Below are positions 30,155 through 41,567 of a stretch of DNA of 56,872 nt, in pieces. Position numbers and translations under genes: made by a program. Position 1 is the stretch's first letter, and every line of letters begins with the position of its first letter. The notes under the pieces were generated by a model. It did no database searches. It saw nothing but the letters and a program-made list of their open reading frames with translations, and was not told the DNA's origin. Origin of the DNA: a virus (Duplodnaviria; Caudoviricetes); the IMG/VR virus record IMGVR_UViG_3300046170_000355, positions 1 through 56,872 of that record. The stretch is one strand, 5' to 3'.

Positions 30155-32971
30155 TGGCTACTCAATCAGAATTAGAAATTTTATTAGATAGATCTATAGA
30201 CCGTTCCTACTTCTTTAGGTAGGGCTGTGGGTAAAAGAAGTTTCTATGAAATATTAGGAGAAGATTATGATTTCGATAATACTCCTATTGAAATAATAGA
30301 AATGGATTTACTTCAATTTAGTGAATCTTCTCAATTACCTAGCCCTTATAGTAGTGATCAATTACAGTTGATTTATGATGAAGCAATTAAAAAAGGTTAT
30401 GATGGTACTTACAGAGATTTTTTAAGTGACTTTGGAAATGTTTCAGAGGATTTTGTCAGTATACCTATGGCTAGAAGTGGCGGAGAAGTTTTAGCACGTT
30501 CTATGTTTCAACCACAGATTGTGAGAAGACAAACGGGTACCCCTATAACAGGTGAAATGAAAAATGTTTTAAGAGATGAATTTCAAGCTAGTGAAAATAA
30601 TATTAAAAATTTATCTTCTTTAACTCCTGATGCTAGAGACGTTTTAATGGAAGCGTTATCTATGAGAAACATTGGGGTTTTTAAAGAAAAACCTGAATTA
30701 GATGATTATGGAAAGACTGTTATTGATCCTGAATTTCAAAACTTTTTATTAAGCACTTATGGAGAAAGAGGCCAAAGTATTTTGGACACTCTTTTACAAG
30801 GTAATAACTCAGAAAACTTCAGCATGTTAACTGGTTTAATGAATGAGTTTACTAATTTTAAAATTTCAAATGAGATGAAAGAAAAAGAAGCTGTCCCCTC
30901 TAGAAGCGATGGTTTATCTGAGGCAGAAAAAAACTTTTTAAATAGATTAAAAAATAGAGCTGAAGGATCACCTATGGAAGGTGAAAGATCAGATGCTGTT
31001 GGTATTGCTGATGGATTAGATCAAGAGACAATGCAAGCAGATCCTAATACTGAAGGTGTTGCAAAAGTTTCTCCTGAGCAATATGTCGAACTCATGAACC
31101 AAGTTCGTGGTGATGAAGTTCCTATGGAAGGAAGAGTTCAAGAACTAGCGATGACTGTTGGAGAGAAAGACGCTCAAGATACTCCCTTATCTGTCTTAGC
31201 TTTAGTTCAGCCCGTCTTTGAATTACAAGAGCAACAAGGAGGGTTAGCCGCGGCCCCCGGAGCGCAACAAATGATGCAACAACAAGCTCCTATGATGATG
31301 GCAAAAGACGGAGGCATTGTTCATCGTTTTAATGGTAGTGATCCAATGGGTGAAAATGCACAGAATTTATTTTCTGCTTTAGGTGGATCAGGGGTTTATG
31401 ATCCTGCAAAATTACAAATAGCAGATGCTTTGGCGAAAGTTTATGGAGTAACTGCTGACCCTTTTGATACTCAAGGTGCTCGTCAAAAGTATGAACAAAT
31501 GTTAATAGATAAAGAAGGTTTAAGAGACGAAGCTTTCTTAGCAGCCGCACCAGAATTCTTACAATTAGGAGCTGCAGCTTTAACTCCGGGCGCTACAATG
31601 GCAGATATACTAACACAAGCAGCCACAGGTGTGGCTAGGTTTGGTACAACACAAGGTAAAAAACTTAAAAATCTCGAAAATCAGGCATTAAAAATGGCTT
31701 TAGCCGATAAGGCAACACAAGATAAATCAAAACAAGCTTATATTGGAGCCATTACAGGTCCTCTTTTAGAAGATGCTTTAAAGACTTCAGCAGAAAGTGA
31801 CTTAGAAAACTTAACTATTGAGGAACTAAGTGTAAAAGTAGCGGGAGATAAATTAAATAATCTATTAACAGACACTGACCTAACTGCTAAAAATCTTGAA
31901 TTAAGTTATATGGATGAAAATTTAAAAACAGATTTATTAGCTAAAAAAGCAGAGTTACAAACAACTTTAACACTTTTAGAAAATTTACCAGAGAAGCAAA
32001 GATTAGAAAACCAAGGATTAATCAATCAAAATAAATTAGCTATCGCTCAGATTGAAGCGGCAGATTTAACTAATCAATTAACTCAGTTTGATATTGATAA
32101 GAGACCGATTACTGATGCACTAGCTATTGAAAATCAAACAATTGCTAACCTTAGTGCACAATTAGATCTTAACCAAAAACCTGAATTATTAGAACAACAG
32201 TTATTACAATTAAAAGGTAACAACGAAAAATTATACAAAGAATTAGATGTATTTGATCAGGTAACCGCACAAACCTTCTACAAAAATCAGTTGGATATAG
32301 AGAAAATTGAAAAAGAAATAAACGATCCTTCAAAAGACAAAGATCAAATAAAAGGTGAAGCTGATTTAAGAAAGGAATATAACAAAAATGCTTCTATTGA
32401 AGGTTTAGTTAAAAGGAATGGTTATTACACGCAAATACGAAACGCATTATTAGAGCCTATTTCTGAAGAACAAGCACTTAAAATGGCAGAAGGAACAAAT
32501 AATGAAGACTTCAAAAAAATGCTTAGAGATAACCCTAGTGGTGCAAAAGATTTGATTATTATGTTCAACTTCATGAAGATGTTAGATCCTGACTCTGTTG
32601 TTAGAGAAGGTGAGCAGTTATTGTTAAAGAAAACAAATCCTATTACACAAAAATATCAAACATTTATTGATACTATTAATGGTGGTGGTTTCCTCGGACC
32701 GAAGCAAAAACAAATGTTATTACAAGAAACAAAGATATTAATGGATACATCTTTCAATGATTTCTTAGAACAAAGAGAAAACTACGTTAATATTGGAATA
32801 GATAATTTTGGAGATAAGTTTAACGCAGAAACTCAATTACCAATGCCTAGTCTTGATGTTTATCAGAATGATGTGACTAGTGGAATAATAGAAAAATTGA
32901 TATCAGGCGATGGTCAAGATTTAACGGTTGGTGGAACGAATTATTCAGGATATTTAGGAAGATTTAATTAA
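30154..32971 (+). CDS. Large putative ejection/internal virion protein; apparent +1 error near 30201
   Basis: ATG 30154 joins ORF 30227-32971 if one C is removed; coiled coils; FMKMLDPDSVVREGE motif. Confidence 0.65.
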
Positions 32972-35424
32972 TGGATGTCAACAAATTATTATCTTATGAA
33001 TATTTTGGTCTTCTAACCGATGAAGAAACAGAAGGAGTTAATTCTTTAAGAGGTGCAAATAAATTACCTGCACCTTACGCCTTTGGACAAGAAAAAGATC
33101 CTCAAGAAAATTTAAATGCTTTTAAAGAACTAATAAACTCTTCTGCTGTAGGAGATTTACAATTAAACTTAACAGACGAGGAATATGCTGACCTTTTCTC
33201 TAGTACTCAAAAATTAAATCAATGGTTTGAAAAACCCGAAAACAGAGCAATGGTCGGTGCTACTGTAGGAGGAGTTGTTCTTCCCACTCTTTTACCAGGA
33301 GCAGGTCCCGCAACATTACCTGCTAGAATTGTAGCATTAATAAATAAGTACCCAAGAATGGCAAAAGTATTTGCAGCTATAACAGGAGGTTTTGGTGGAT
33401 CAGCTCCTTTTATTGAAGCAGATTCTGCTCAAGAATTCATTCAACAAGCGGGTAAGTATGGTTTAATAGAGGGTGTAGGAGAAGGAGCTATTCAAACAAT
33501 AGCTAAATTTTTTCCTTTGTTTAAAGATTTCATTAAATCAAGAGTTAAAAAATTTCCAGAAAAAGGAGCGGAAGAAGCGATAGAACAAGGAGTAATTTTA
33601 AGTCCTGCTCAAAGCACATCAGACAGAATAGTCGACACTATACAAAACATAGCAGACAATTCTTGGAGTGGTGGCGGTACAATGGCACAAGGCAGAGCAA
33701 GAGGAATAGAGACTGCGACTGAAAATATTGGAAATTTATTATTAAATAAATTAGATCCAAAAGTAACAAAAGTTTTAGACAACTCTGTTGAAGATTTTGT
33801 AGCAAATGCATCTGGTAAAGATTTTGCGGGAGTAATGCAGAATTTTTTAAAAAATGGAAGATTAGCTCAAGATATATATATTGATCAAGCATATAAAAAT
33901 TTAGACAAAGCTGTTGCAGGAACTATAGGCAATGCAAAAATAGTAGATATTTCAGGTTTAAAAAAATATGTAATGAATTTACAAAAAGACGTTCCTACCG
34001 ACTCTACTTTAGCGACTGTGTATAAACAAATTGCTGATCTTCCAGATTATGTTGACTTTACTTATGCAAAAAATTTACGTTCAATGTTTTTAGGAAATAC
34101 AAAAGCATTTCAAGAAACAGGTATACCTGTTTCTACTTTCTCCACAAAAGTATCAGGAGCTGCTTTTGCAAAAGTAAATAAAGAAATGGAAAACGCTGTA
34201 AAAGCTATCGCAGATAGTCACGCTAATAAATTAATAAATGAGGGTATGGATGAAGTTTTAGCAAAAGAAGCAGGACAAAAATTATTTCAACAATTAAATG
34301 GATCTTTTAGATCTGCACAAGATTTTTTCTCATTAAGTAAAGATACATTCAATGGAACAATGGTGTCTAAAATTATAAACGCAGCACCTGATCGTGTTTA
34401 TAATATGTTGTTAAAATCAAGATCACCAAACTTAGTTAAATCTTTTAATCAGTTATTAGACCAAGCTGTTAAAGATGGGTCTATAAAATTATCAGAAAAA
34501 TTAGGTTTAAAAAAACAAGTTCAAGGAGAATTTTTTGCAAAAATTTTAACAGATAGTCTTGACCAAGGAACTGGAATTGTAAATGCATCTAAGTTATTTC
34601 AACAAATGAGAACTTTTGGCGGCACAGCCAATAGAGCACTAATAGAGTTATTTGATAATGACCCTGGTTTGTTAAAAGATTTTAGATCTTTAACTAGGTC
34701 TCTTCAATTAGCTCAATCAAAAGGTATGGAAGGGGCAAACGGTGGTTTTTTAATTCAATTATTAAGTGCAGGCGCTTTAGGAGAAGTTGTAGGTCCAGAG
34801 GGACTAACCAACTTAGGGTGGGGTGACGCTGCTGCATTTGGTTTAATTTTTGGAGGACCGAAAGCTGTTGCTGATGCTTTTACTAATCCAAACTTTATTA
34901 AAAATATTTTTAAAGTTAATAAATTAAAACCAGGAAGCGATATGTACACTAGAGCAGTCGTACAAACTGTAAGCGATCTTGTAGAAAAAAACTTTATAAG
35001 CAATGAAAATGTTAATGACTTCATTGATGAGGGTGTTCAAAAAAATTATCTAAATGAAAACGCAAAAAAATATTTTGAAAATAAAACTAAAAAACAAGGA
35101 ACCGATAATAGTTCTACTCTTGTTACATCTCCAGAAGAATTAGAAGCAAAAGCAGATTTATTAAAACAATTAGATATTCAAACTTTAGATGATGACGAGC
35201 CTCTAGCTGTTGCTTCTCTTGACTCTCCTCCATCTAGATCCGTGTCTATGGCACCACTAGACTTAGGACCGCTTACAGCTGCTTCAGCACCTCCTTCACA
35301 GTCTATTAATCCAGAAACTATAGCTAGTTTAGATTCTGTTGGACTACCTTTCTTTCAAGCAAAAGATGGTGGATTAGCGAGTATTGAGCAAAAGAAATTT
35401 AAAAAACCACAGGTGGTATCGTAA
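32971..35424 (+). CDS. Large putative ejection/internal virion protein
   Basis: 817 aa, helical with hydrophobic Gly-rich segments; coupled to neighbours. Confidence 0.65.
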   Translation: MDVNKLLSYEYFGLLTDEETEGVNSLRGANKLPAPYAFGQEKDPQENLNAFKELINSSAVGDLQLNLTDEEYADLFSSTQKLNQWFEKPENRAMVGATVGGVVLPTLLPGAGPATLPARIVALINKYPRMAKVFAAITGGFGGSAPFIEADSAQEFIQQAGKYGLIEGVGEGAIQTIAKFFPLFKDFIKSRVKKFPEKGAEEAIEQGVILSPAQSTSDRIVDTIQNIADNSWSGGGTMAQGRARGIETATENIGNLLLNKLDPKVTKVLDNSVEDFVANASGKDFAGVMQNFLKNGRLAQDIYIDQAYKNLDKAVAGTIGNAKIVDISGLKKYVMNLQKDVPTDSTLATVYKQIADLPDYVDFTYAKNLRSMFLGNTKAFQETGIPVSTFSTKVSGAAFAKVNKEMENAVKAIADSHANKLINEGMDEVLAKEAGQKLFQQLNGSFRSAQDFFSLSKDTFNGTMVSKIINAAPDRVYNMLLKSRSPNLVKSFNQLLDQAVKDGSIKLSEKLGLKKQVQGEFFAKILTDSLDQGTGIVNASKLFQQMRTFGGTANRALIELFDNDPGLLKDFRSLTRSLQLAQSKGMEGANGGFLIQLLSAGALGEVVGPEGLTNLGWGDAAAFGLIFGGPKAVADAFTNPNFIKNIFKVNKLKPGSDMYTRAVVQTVSDLVEKNFISNENVNDFIDEGVQKNYLNENAKKYFENKTKKQGTDNSSTLVTSPEELEAKADLLKQLDIQTLDDDEPLAVASLDSPPSRSVSMAPLDLGPLTAASAPPSQSINPETIASLDSVGLPFFQAKDGGLASIEQKKFKKPQVVS

Positions 35425-36872
35425 TGTCAGTAGCTGATTCTAGTAGAAGACTGTCTAGAGAAAAACTAGAAAGTCGTTTAGCTAATGAACCCATGAATCC
35501 TGCTGGGTCAATGGCCATGGCAGGTAATTATGGACTTGCAGGTCTTTCTCAAAATCAAGCTAATCAAATAAAACAAGCTCAACAGACTATTAATCAGTTT
35601 AAAGGAAATACCTCTGAACCTGTTACTTTTAAAGATATAGGTCAACAATTTGGTGAAATGGGCTCTAAGTATAGAAGACCTGTGGATAAAGATCGATACG
35701 CAAATAAAGCTAATTTGTTTAATCAAGGAATACTCGGTGGAGGTAAAATTTTTGTGGGTCCAGATGGTATTCCTCGTTTATCTTTTGATAATCAAGTTGT
35801 TCGTGATCCTAAAACAGGAGCACAAATGATGTCAATGATGTTACCTTACATGACTGCTTCAGCACCTACATTAAGTCAATTTGGTGGTGATATTGGAAGA
35901 GCCTTTACAGGTTATAATAGTTTGAAATATGTTGATGATGATTTTCAAGGCCCTTTTCCTTTGAGTAAATCACCAAATTTTACTTCTAGAGACTTACCTT
36001 ACATGCAATATACTCCAGGAATGTTCGAAGGTGTTAATCCTTTGTCTTTGATTCCAGGAGTAGGAACAGCGATGAAAGCTGCTGAAGTAGTTAAAAGTGG
36101 TGTCGAGCAGTTATGGGATAAAGTTAGAGAAAAACCCTCTCAACAAACATTTCCTGAGTTCAGAGGTGAATCAGAAAACTATTTCAATAACATTGATACT
36201 GGAACATCCCAAGTAGACCCTAATAACATGTTAGTTCAAATCGCCAAAGCAAATGAAGGAAGATTTGATGACAAATCAAACTTTCAAGAACAATTAGCTA
36301 ACGCTACTGCTATGAATCTTAATATTCCAAGTCCTACAGAAGCCGCACAAACCATTGCTGATTATTACACTGCTGCTGCACAAGGTGTTGATGTAAATAC
36401 TCCTATAGGAAATGTTAATGTAAATCCTTTAGCAGGAAAACTTTTTTTAAGTGGAGGGACAGATAATATAGGGTATGGAGGTTCTTTTGATCCTAACACT
36501 TTGGATTACAATGTTGGTATTAACGCAGCTTTACCGGGTGATTTCAAATTATCAGCGGGTGCCTCTTCAAGTGATCTTCCAGGGGTAAGTTTGTCTAATA
36601 TATATAAACCAGAAATTTTTGGTAAGAATATACCAGGAATTAGTAATGTTACACCTTCTCTAAATATGTCAGGACGAGGAGATTTAAGCCTAGGGGTGAA
36701 TACAATTGTAGATCCTTTAAGGACTATTTTTCCTGGTTCAGCTATAGGAACACCTTTAAATATAGGGGCTTCTGTTGATTCTAGAGGCAATATTACTCCT
36801 AGTATCTCTTTATTAAAAAGCTTTAAAGATGGTGGCGCTGTTAACAGTGGTTTAGGGTATATGTTTAAATAA
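35424..36872 (+). CDS. Putative internal virion protein with C-terminal amphipathic beta strands
   Basis: 482 aa; end of the structural operon. Confidence 0.6.
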   Translation: MSVADSSRRLSREKLESRLANEPMNPAGSMAMAGNYGLAGLSQNQANQIKQAQQTINQFKGNTSEPVTFKDIGQQFGEMGSKYRRPVDKDRYANKANLFNQGILGGGKIFVGPDGIPRLSFDNQVVRDPKTGAQMMSMMLPYMTASAPTLSQFGGDIGRAFTGYNSLKYVDDDFQGPFPLSKSPNFTSRDLPYMQYTPGMFEGVNPLSLIPGVGTAMKAAEVVKSGVEQLWDKVREKPSQQTFPEFRGESENYFNNIDTGTSQVDPNNMLVQIAKANEGRFDDKSNFQEQLANATAMNLNIPSPTEAAQTIADYYTAAAQGVDVNTPIGNVNVNPLAGKLFLSGGTDNIGYGGSFDPNTLDYNVGINAALPGDFKLSAGASSSDLPGVSLSNIYKPEIFGKNIPGISNVTPSLNMSGRGDLSLGVNTIVDPLRTIFPGSAIGTPLNIGASVDSRGNITPSISLLKSFKDGGAVNSGLGYMFK

Positions 36873-36935
36873 TGATTAGTAAAATTAAAGCATTTATAAT
36901 AAGGTTATTTAAAAAACAAGACGAAAGGGACGAAC

Positions 36936-37325
36936 ATGAAATATTTCCAGGAATCTGAATTAGCCTGTCCTACAACAGGTGTGTTTCAGTTACAAGATGG
37001 TTTTGCAGATGATCTTGATCAATTAAGAGAGGCTTATGGGCAGCCTATCGTGGTTACTTCAGGATGCAGAACAGAAGAACATAATGAATGGTTACAATCA
37101 CGAGGCTATCCTGCTTCTAATAATTCATTACATTTAATTGATAATGACAAGTATGGAACAGATACTTGCGCAATTGATATGAAAAGACCTGATGGGGTTT
37201 TATTAGTAAAACTTTTTCAAACAGCACTAGAACTTGGATGGACAGTCGGTTTAGCTAAGACTTTTGTACACCTAGATAAAAGAGCAAAATATACAGATCT
37301 TTCTCAAATTATTTATAGTTATTAA
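36936..37325 (+). CDS. Peptidase M15-family endolysin
   Basis: YFQESELAC, LREAYGQPIVVTSGCR, SLH, AID, FVHLD. Confidence 0.85.
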   Translation: MKYFQESELACPTTGVFQLQDGFADDLDQLREAYGQPIVVTSGCRTEEHNEWLQSRGYPASNNSLHLIDNDKYGTDTCAIDMKRPDGVLLVKLFQTALELGWTVGLAKTFVHLDKRAKYTDLSQIIYSY

Positions 37326-37528
37326 TGAAGTTCTTTCTCATAGGTTGGATATGCCTAGGAGTAGGGATAGATGAGAAATGCGTAAGAATGGGGTCGGAAG
37401 TTATCCACCCCTCTTACGAACTGTGTAACGAATATTACACTATAATACGAGAAGAATTCTCTGATGTTAAAGATTTAAAAATGAGCTTTACTTGTGTTCA
37501 AGCAGGTTTATTGGAAGATTTATTATAG
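37325..37528 (+). CDS. Small Cys-containing hypothetical protein
   Basis: Coupled ORF with a hydrophobic N-terminus. Confidence 0.6.
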   Translation: MKFFLIGWICLGVGIDEKCVRMGSEVIHPSYELCNEYYTIIREEFSDVKDLKMSFTCVQAGLLEDLL

Positions 37529-37699
37529 AGTTCTTCTAATAAAATTAGGGAACTGACCTTCTTCTTTATAACATCTATAAGCTGCATACCAGTCTTTTTT
37601 ATATTCTGCTTGGCAGAAGTCTTTGATTGATTTGTCTTTGTCGTCACTTTTAAAAAAATTTAAAAAATGATTTTTTGCTTTGTTGGTTAAATTAAACAT
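37523..37699 (-). CDS. Small hypothetical protein (58 aa, ...FCQAEYKKDWYAAY...)
   Basis: Hand-translated; AAGGA upstream. Confidence 0.6.
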   Translation of the reverse strand: MFNLTNKAKNHFLNFFKSDDKDKSIKDFCQAEYKKDWYAAYRCYKEEGQFPNFIRRTL

Positions 37700-37886
37700 A
37701 ATTATTTTTTCCTTTCAGTTTAGTTTTTAATTAAATGTCAAGAAAAAAGAATTGTTGTTTATGCACAACTGATATGATAAATTTTTAATTAGAATGGTAA
37801 CGACTAAAATGTACAGGAAGGTAACTTAATGTATATTGCAAAAGTTTTTAGATTTAGTGTCTCTTGCGAATAACTATAGTAATTTA

Positions 37887-38105
37887 TTAACTGTCGTTAC
37901 CTTCTTCTTTCCATTCTGATAACTCTTTTTTCATCTGAACATATCTTAAATATTGTGTGACACATTTAGATATATCTTCATGTAAAACAGTTAAACTACC
38001 AATATCCAATTTTATTGGTTTACCCGCATCATCATGAACTCTTTTTACTTCATCACGTGTTAAGCTTAAATACAGCTTTCCATCTTGATATATAATTCTA
38101 CTCAT
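37887..38105 (-). CDS. Hypothetical protein
   Basis: ATG overlapping the polymerase stop (ATGA). Confidence 0.65.
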   Translation of the reverse strand: MSRIIYQDGKLYLSLTRDEVKRVHDDAGKPIKLDIGSLTVLHEDISKCVTQYLRYVQMKKELSEWKEEGNDS

Positions 38106-39983
38106 TGTGTTTTTCCCCAATTATCTGCTATTGCTACATCTACTTTTGAAGGTATTTCCATCTCCAAACAGTTTTCCATAACTTCTATTATTTTTTGTTG
38201 CCTCTCTTCAGAGCCGTCAACACTAATAGCTAGCTCATCATGTATTTGTATCATTGGTATAATACCTTCCTTATGTAATTCTACCATAGCTTTTTTAATT
38301 TGATCAGCAGCAGATCCTTGAATTAACCTGTTCAAAGATTTATAAGTTCCAGCTCTTTTTAGACCAATATTACTACCATATTCCTCTATTGCTTTATCAT
38401 GAGGATAAGCCTTGTGTGCACCAAAACTTTTAGGTTCCCACAAATCAAAACGACATTGCCTTCCAAGAATTGTTCTTACTCTTCCTTTTCGTTGAGCGTG
38501 ATCAGAAACTTTGTCTGCAAGTTGTCTTACAAAAGGAACTCTTTCATTATATTGCCTAATTAATGCTTTTGCTTCATTAGGATCAATTCCTAGTTGATCT
38601 GACAGTTTTCCAACACCCATTCCATAAAAAAGTCCTAAATTTATGGTTTTAGCGCTCTTACGTGGTATATTGGCTATTTCAGCCATGATCGTATGGAAGT
38701 CGGTGTTTTTGTCCTCTCTATACGCCTCTAAAAGCTTTTTTGATCCTTCAAGTCCCACTTTATTCGCATAATGAACCACTAAACGTGGCTCTTGTTGTGA
38801 GTAATCAAATGAACCCCATTTTTCTCCTTCATTTGGTAAAAACAAACTTCTAATTAAAGTTCCTATCTTTAATTCAGCATTAGCTGAGTCTCTTGCAGGA
38901 ATTTGTTGTAAGTTAGGATTATTATAACTAAATCTACCGGTAACAGTTCCACCACTATCACTTCTTAATTGATTAATATTAGCATGTATCCTTCCATTAT
39001 GATGAAATTTATTAATCATATTAGTAAAAGTGGTTCTAGCTTTATTATAACTCCTAGCTTCTACAATAGCTTTAGGAATTTTATGAGGATGGTTCTCTAA
39101 AAAACTTTTTGTAAAACTAGGGTTCCCTCTTTCTGTTTGAGGATAATCAATCCCACATCCTTTAAAAACTTCTTCAATCGATCTAGCTGCCCAAATATCA
39201 CATTTCATCCCTGTTTCATCATTAACATATTTTAAAAGTTTATTTTCTCTTCTTATTAAATCTTTTTCTGCTTTATCAACTGCCTCTAAATCAACTCGTA
39301 CACCTTTCATTCTCATTTCAATAAGAATAGGAAGCAAGTCTAATTCTAGATCTAAAATTGTTTGTAAATCATTTTTAGTAATTTCTTCTTGTAAGCGATC
39401 CCACAAACGTAGACAAAGAGCTGCATCTTGTTCAGCATATTCACCTACAAACGTGGCAGGCATTTTATACATCTCTGATTTAGCATCAACGCCAAACTGT
39501 GCGGCTGCCTCATACAATCCCCCATTCTGATTTAGAATCTACTAAATATTCTTTAGACAAAGCATTTAAAGAGTAACTAAATTTGTTTTCGTCCACTAAG
39601 GGAGCGGCTACCATTGTATCGACAATACGACCATTCCATTTTATTCCTTCTGCTTTTAACCACCCAAAATCATAAGAAGCATTATGAGCAATTTTATCAC
39701 AATCAGTCGATAGCATTTCCCTTAACCAATCAAAAGTAACTGTAGGGTCAAAGTTAAAACTATTCTCGTGTCGAATAGGGTAATAGCCCTCCCAACCATC
39801 TATAGCTACAGCGACACCAATAATATGTCCATCGTTGGTAGCCCATCCTGGGCCTTTTGACATAATATTCGGATCTTTAGTTTCTAAGTCGATGGCAATT
39901 CTTTTCGCATCTTTAATGTCTTTAAATTCCTGTGGTGGGAGCCACTCTGATTTTGGTTTAAACATTCCTATTTGTTTACTCAT
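38102..39983 (-). CDS. polA: Family A DNA polymerase (3'-5' exonuclease + polymerase); apparent +1 error at 39519-39523
   Basis: IAIDLET, AHNASYD, YAEQDA, TGRFS..NPNLQQIP, DYSQQEPR, AKTINLGLFYG, QIHDEL; removing one G gives KSEWGLYEAAAQ and fuses the two ORFs. Confidence 0.93.
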
Positions 39984-41567
39984 ACTCTGTAAGCCTCCTT
40001 GCTTGTTGGCGTGATTATATAGAGATTTTCTTTTGCTCTCGAAAAGGCTACATAAAATAGTCGATGCTCATTGATAGGATTCTTCTTATATTCGTCATAA
40101 GACATCTTTCCTATATCTAAAGAAACAACGACATTATCAGCTTCCCCGCCTTTTTGCTGATGAATTGTTGATAAAGTAACTCTTGGTTCTTTACCTATAT
40201 CTTCTCCTCTTGATTCTAAGTTTTCTAAATACGCTCTTGTTTCTGTATTTAAGGTACTCATGACCTTCTACCCATGATTGATCAATGTTGGCCACAAGAC
40301 CAAAATCTTGAACCAATTCTTCAAAAGAAACTTTTTTATCTGGTAAAGCTTTTCTCTGTTCCGATACTATTTTTTTATAACCTCTCGTCACAAAATCCTT
40401 ACCTAAAACTTTGTACATATTCTCGATCATCTTCAGTGATACAGAATTTTTGTAAATTGTTAAATCTTTCCAAGTCAATATAGCATTTCTTTCTTGGGCT
40501 TTGATTGAGTATCTATATTTATTGTCTCTCATCTTGACTCTAAAAAAAACATTTTTCTTTACTAACATTTCCTCTAAGTCTTCTCTAATAGATCTCGTTC
40601 TCCCCATTATTAACCATGAGCCTTGGCTCATATCTAGATGATAAATATTTCTAATAAACTCGACTTGACCATCACGCTCCGCGGGTCGCCATTCGATATC
40701 CTCGGAGTTTGTAATCTGTTCTTCTACTCTATTAACTACTTCCCAAACTTTTCTTGGGACTCTCTTCGATTGATCTAGAACAATTAAATTTTCTGCATTT
40801 TCCTTGAGTTCTAAAGCCTTCGATACATCAGCATCTGCCCAAGTATATATAGCTTGATTAGGATCCATCGCTATATAACTAGTATCGGAGTGAGAATAAA
40901 TTTTCTCTGCCATCTTCCATTGAATTGTTGACATGTCTTGTGCCTCGTCAAAGAAAACAACTTTAAATTTTTTAATTTTTGGTGAGTCAACATAATCTCG
41001 AATAAGGTCAGTAAAGTCTTTCTTTGGTCCCACATCTTTGACCATATAACCTGTCACACCATCAGTGAAATTTTCATACCCATAGTCCTTATATTCTTGT
41101 AGTCCTTTGGCAATATAGTCTAATTTATGTTTTACAATGTCTTTAGCGTATATTGCCCATGCCTCATCTAAACTTATATTTCTTCTTTTAGCTTTTTCTA
41201 TAAGATGAATATACTTTTCATCATAGCTGGTGAAAAAGCTATCGTCATCGTTACTAACATTAATACTAATCCTGAGTACATTTGATACATTCCTCCAATC
41301 ATTTTTACTCATAATATATTCTCTCGACAAACTCATTTGGCGAAGTGCGAAAGAATGAAGTGTTGAAAAATTCTCTAGTTGATTTGTAGGCACTTTAAAG
41401 CGGCTAGCAGCTCGTTGCTTTGCTTCATCAACTGCTTTATTAGAAAAAGAAAAGAAACCAATGTCATTGATATTGACTTCATCTTTTAGATATTCTTCTA
41501 TCTTATTTAAAATGAAAGTGGTCTTACCCGTTCCCGGTGGACCGATGACCACGATAGGTTTACTCAT
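39980..41567 (-). CDS. UvrD/Rep-like SF1 helicase; apparent +1 error near 40265
   Basis: GPPGTGKT, STLHS, FDEAQD, DPNQAIY, STIHQQKGGEAD, FYVAFSRAK; the last motifs lie in ORF 39980-40261. Confidence 0.88.

Noticed and set aside
10465-40267. Split genes (at 10466, 12486, 30201, polA 39521, helicase 40265) as programmed frameshifts or pseudogenes
   Set aside because: All five are fixed by deleting one base from a short homopolymer, lack slippery heptamers and include essential genes. Sequencing insertion errors are the simplest explanation; a read pileup would confirm.
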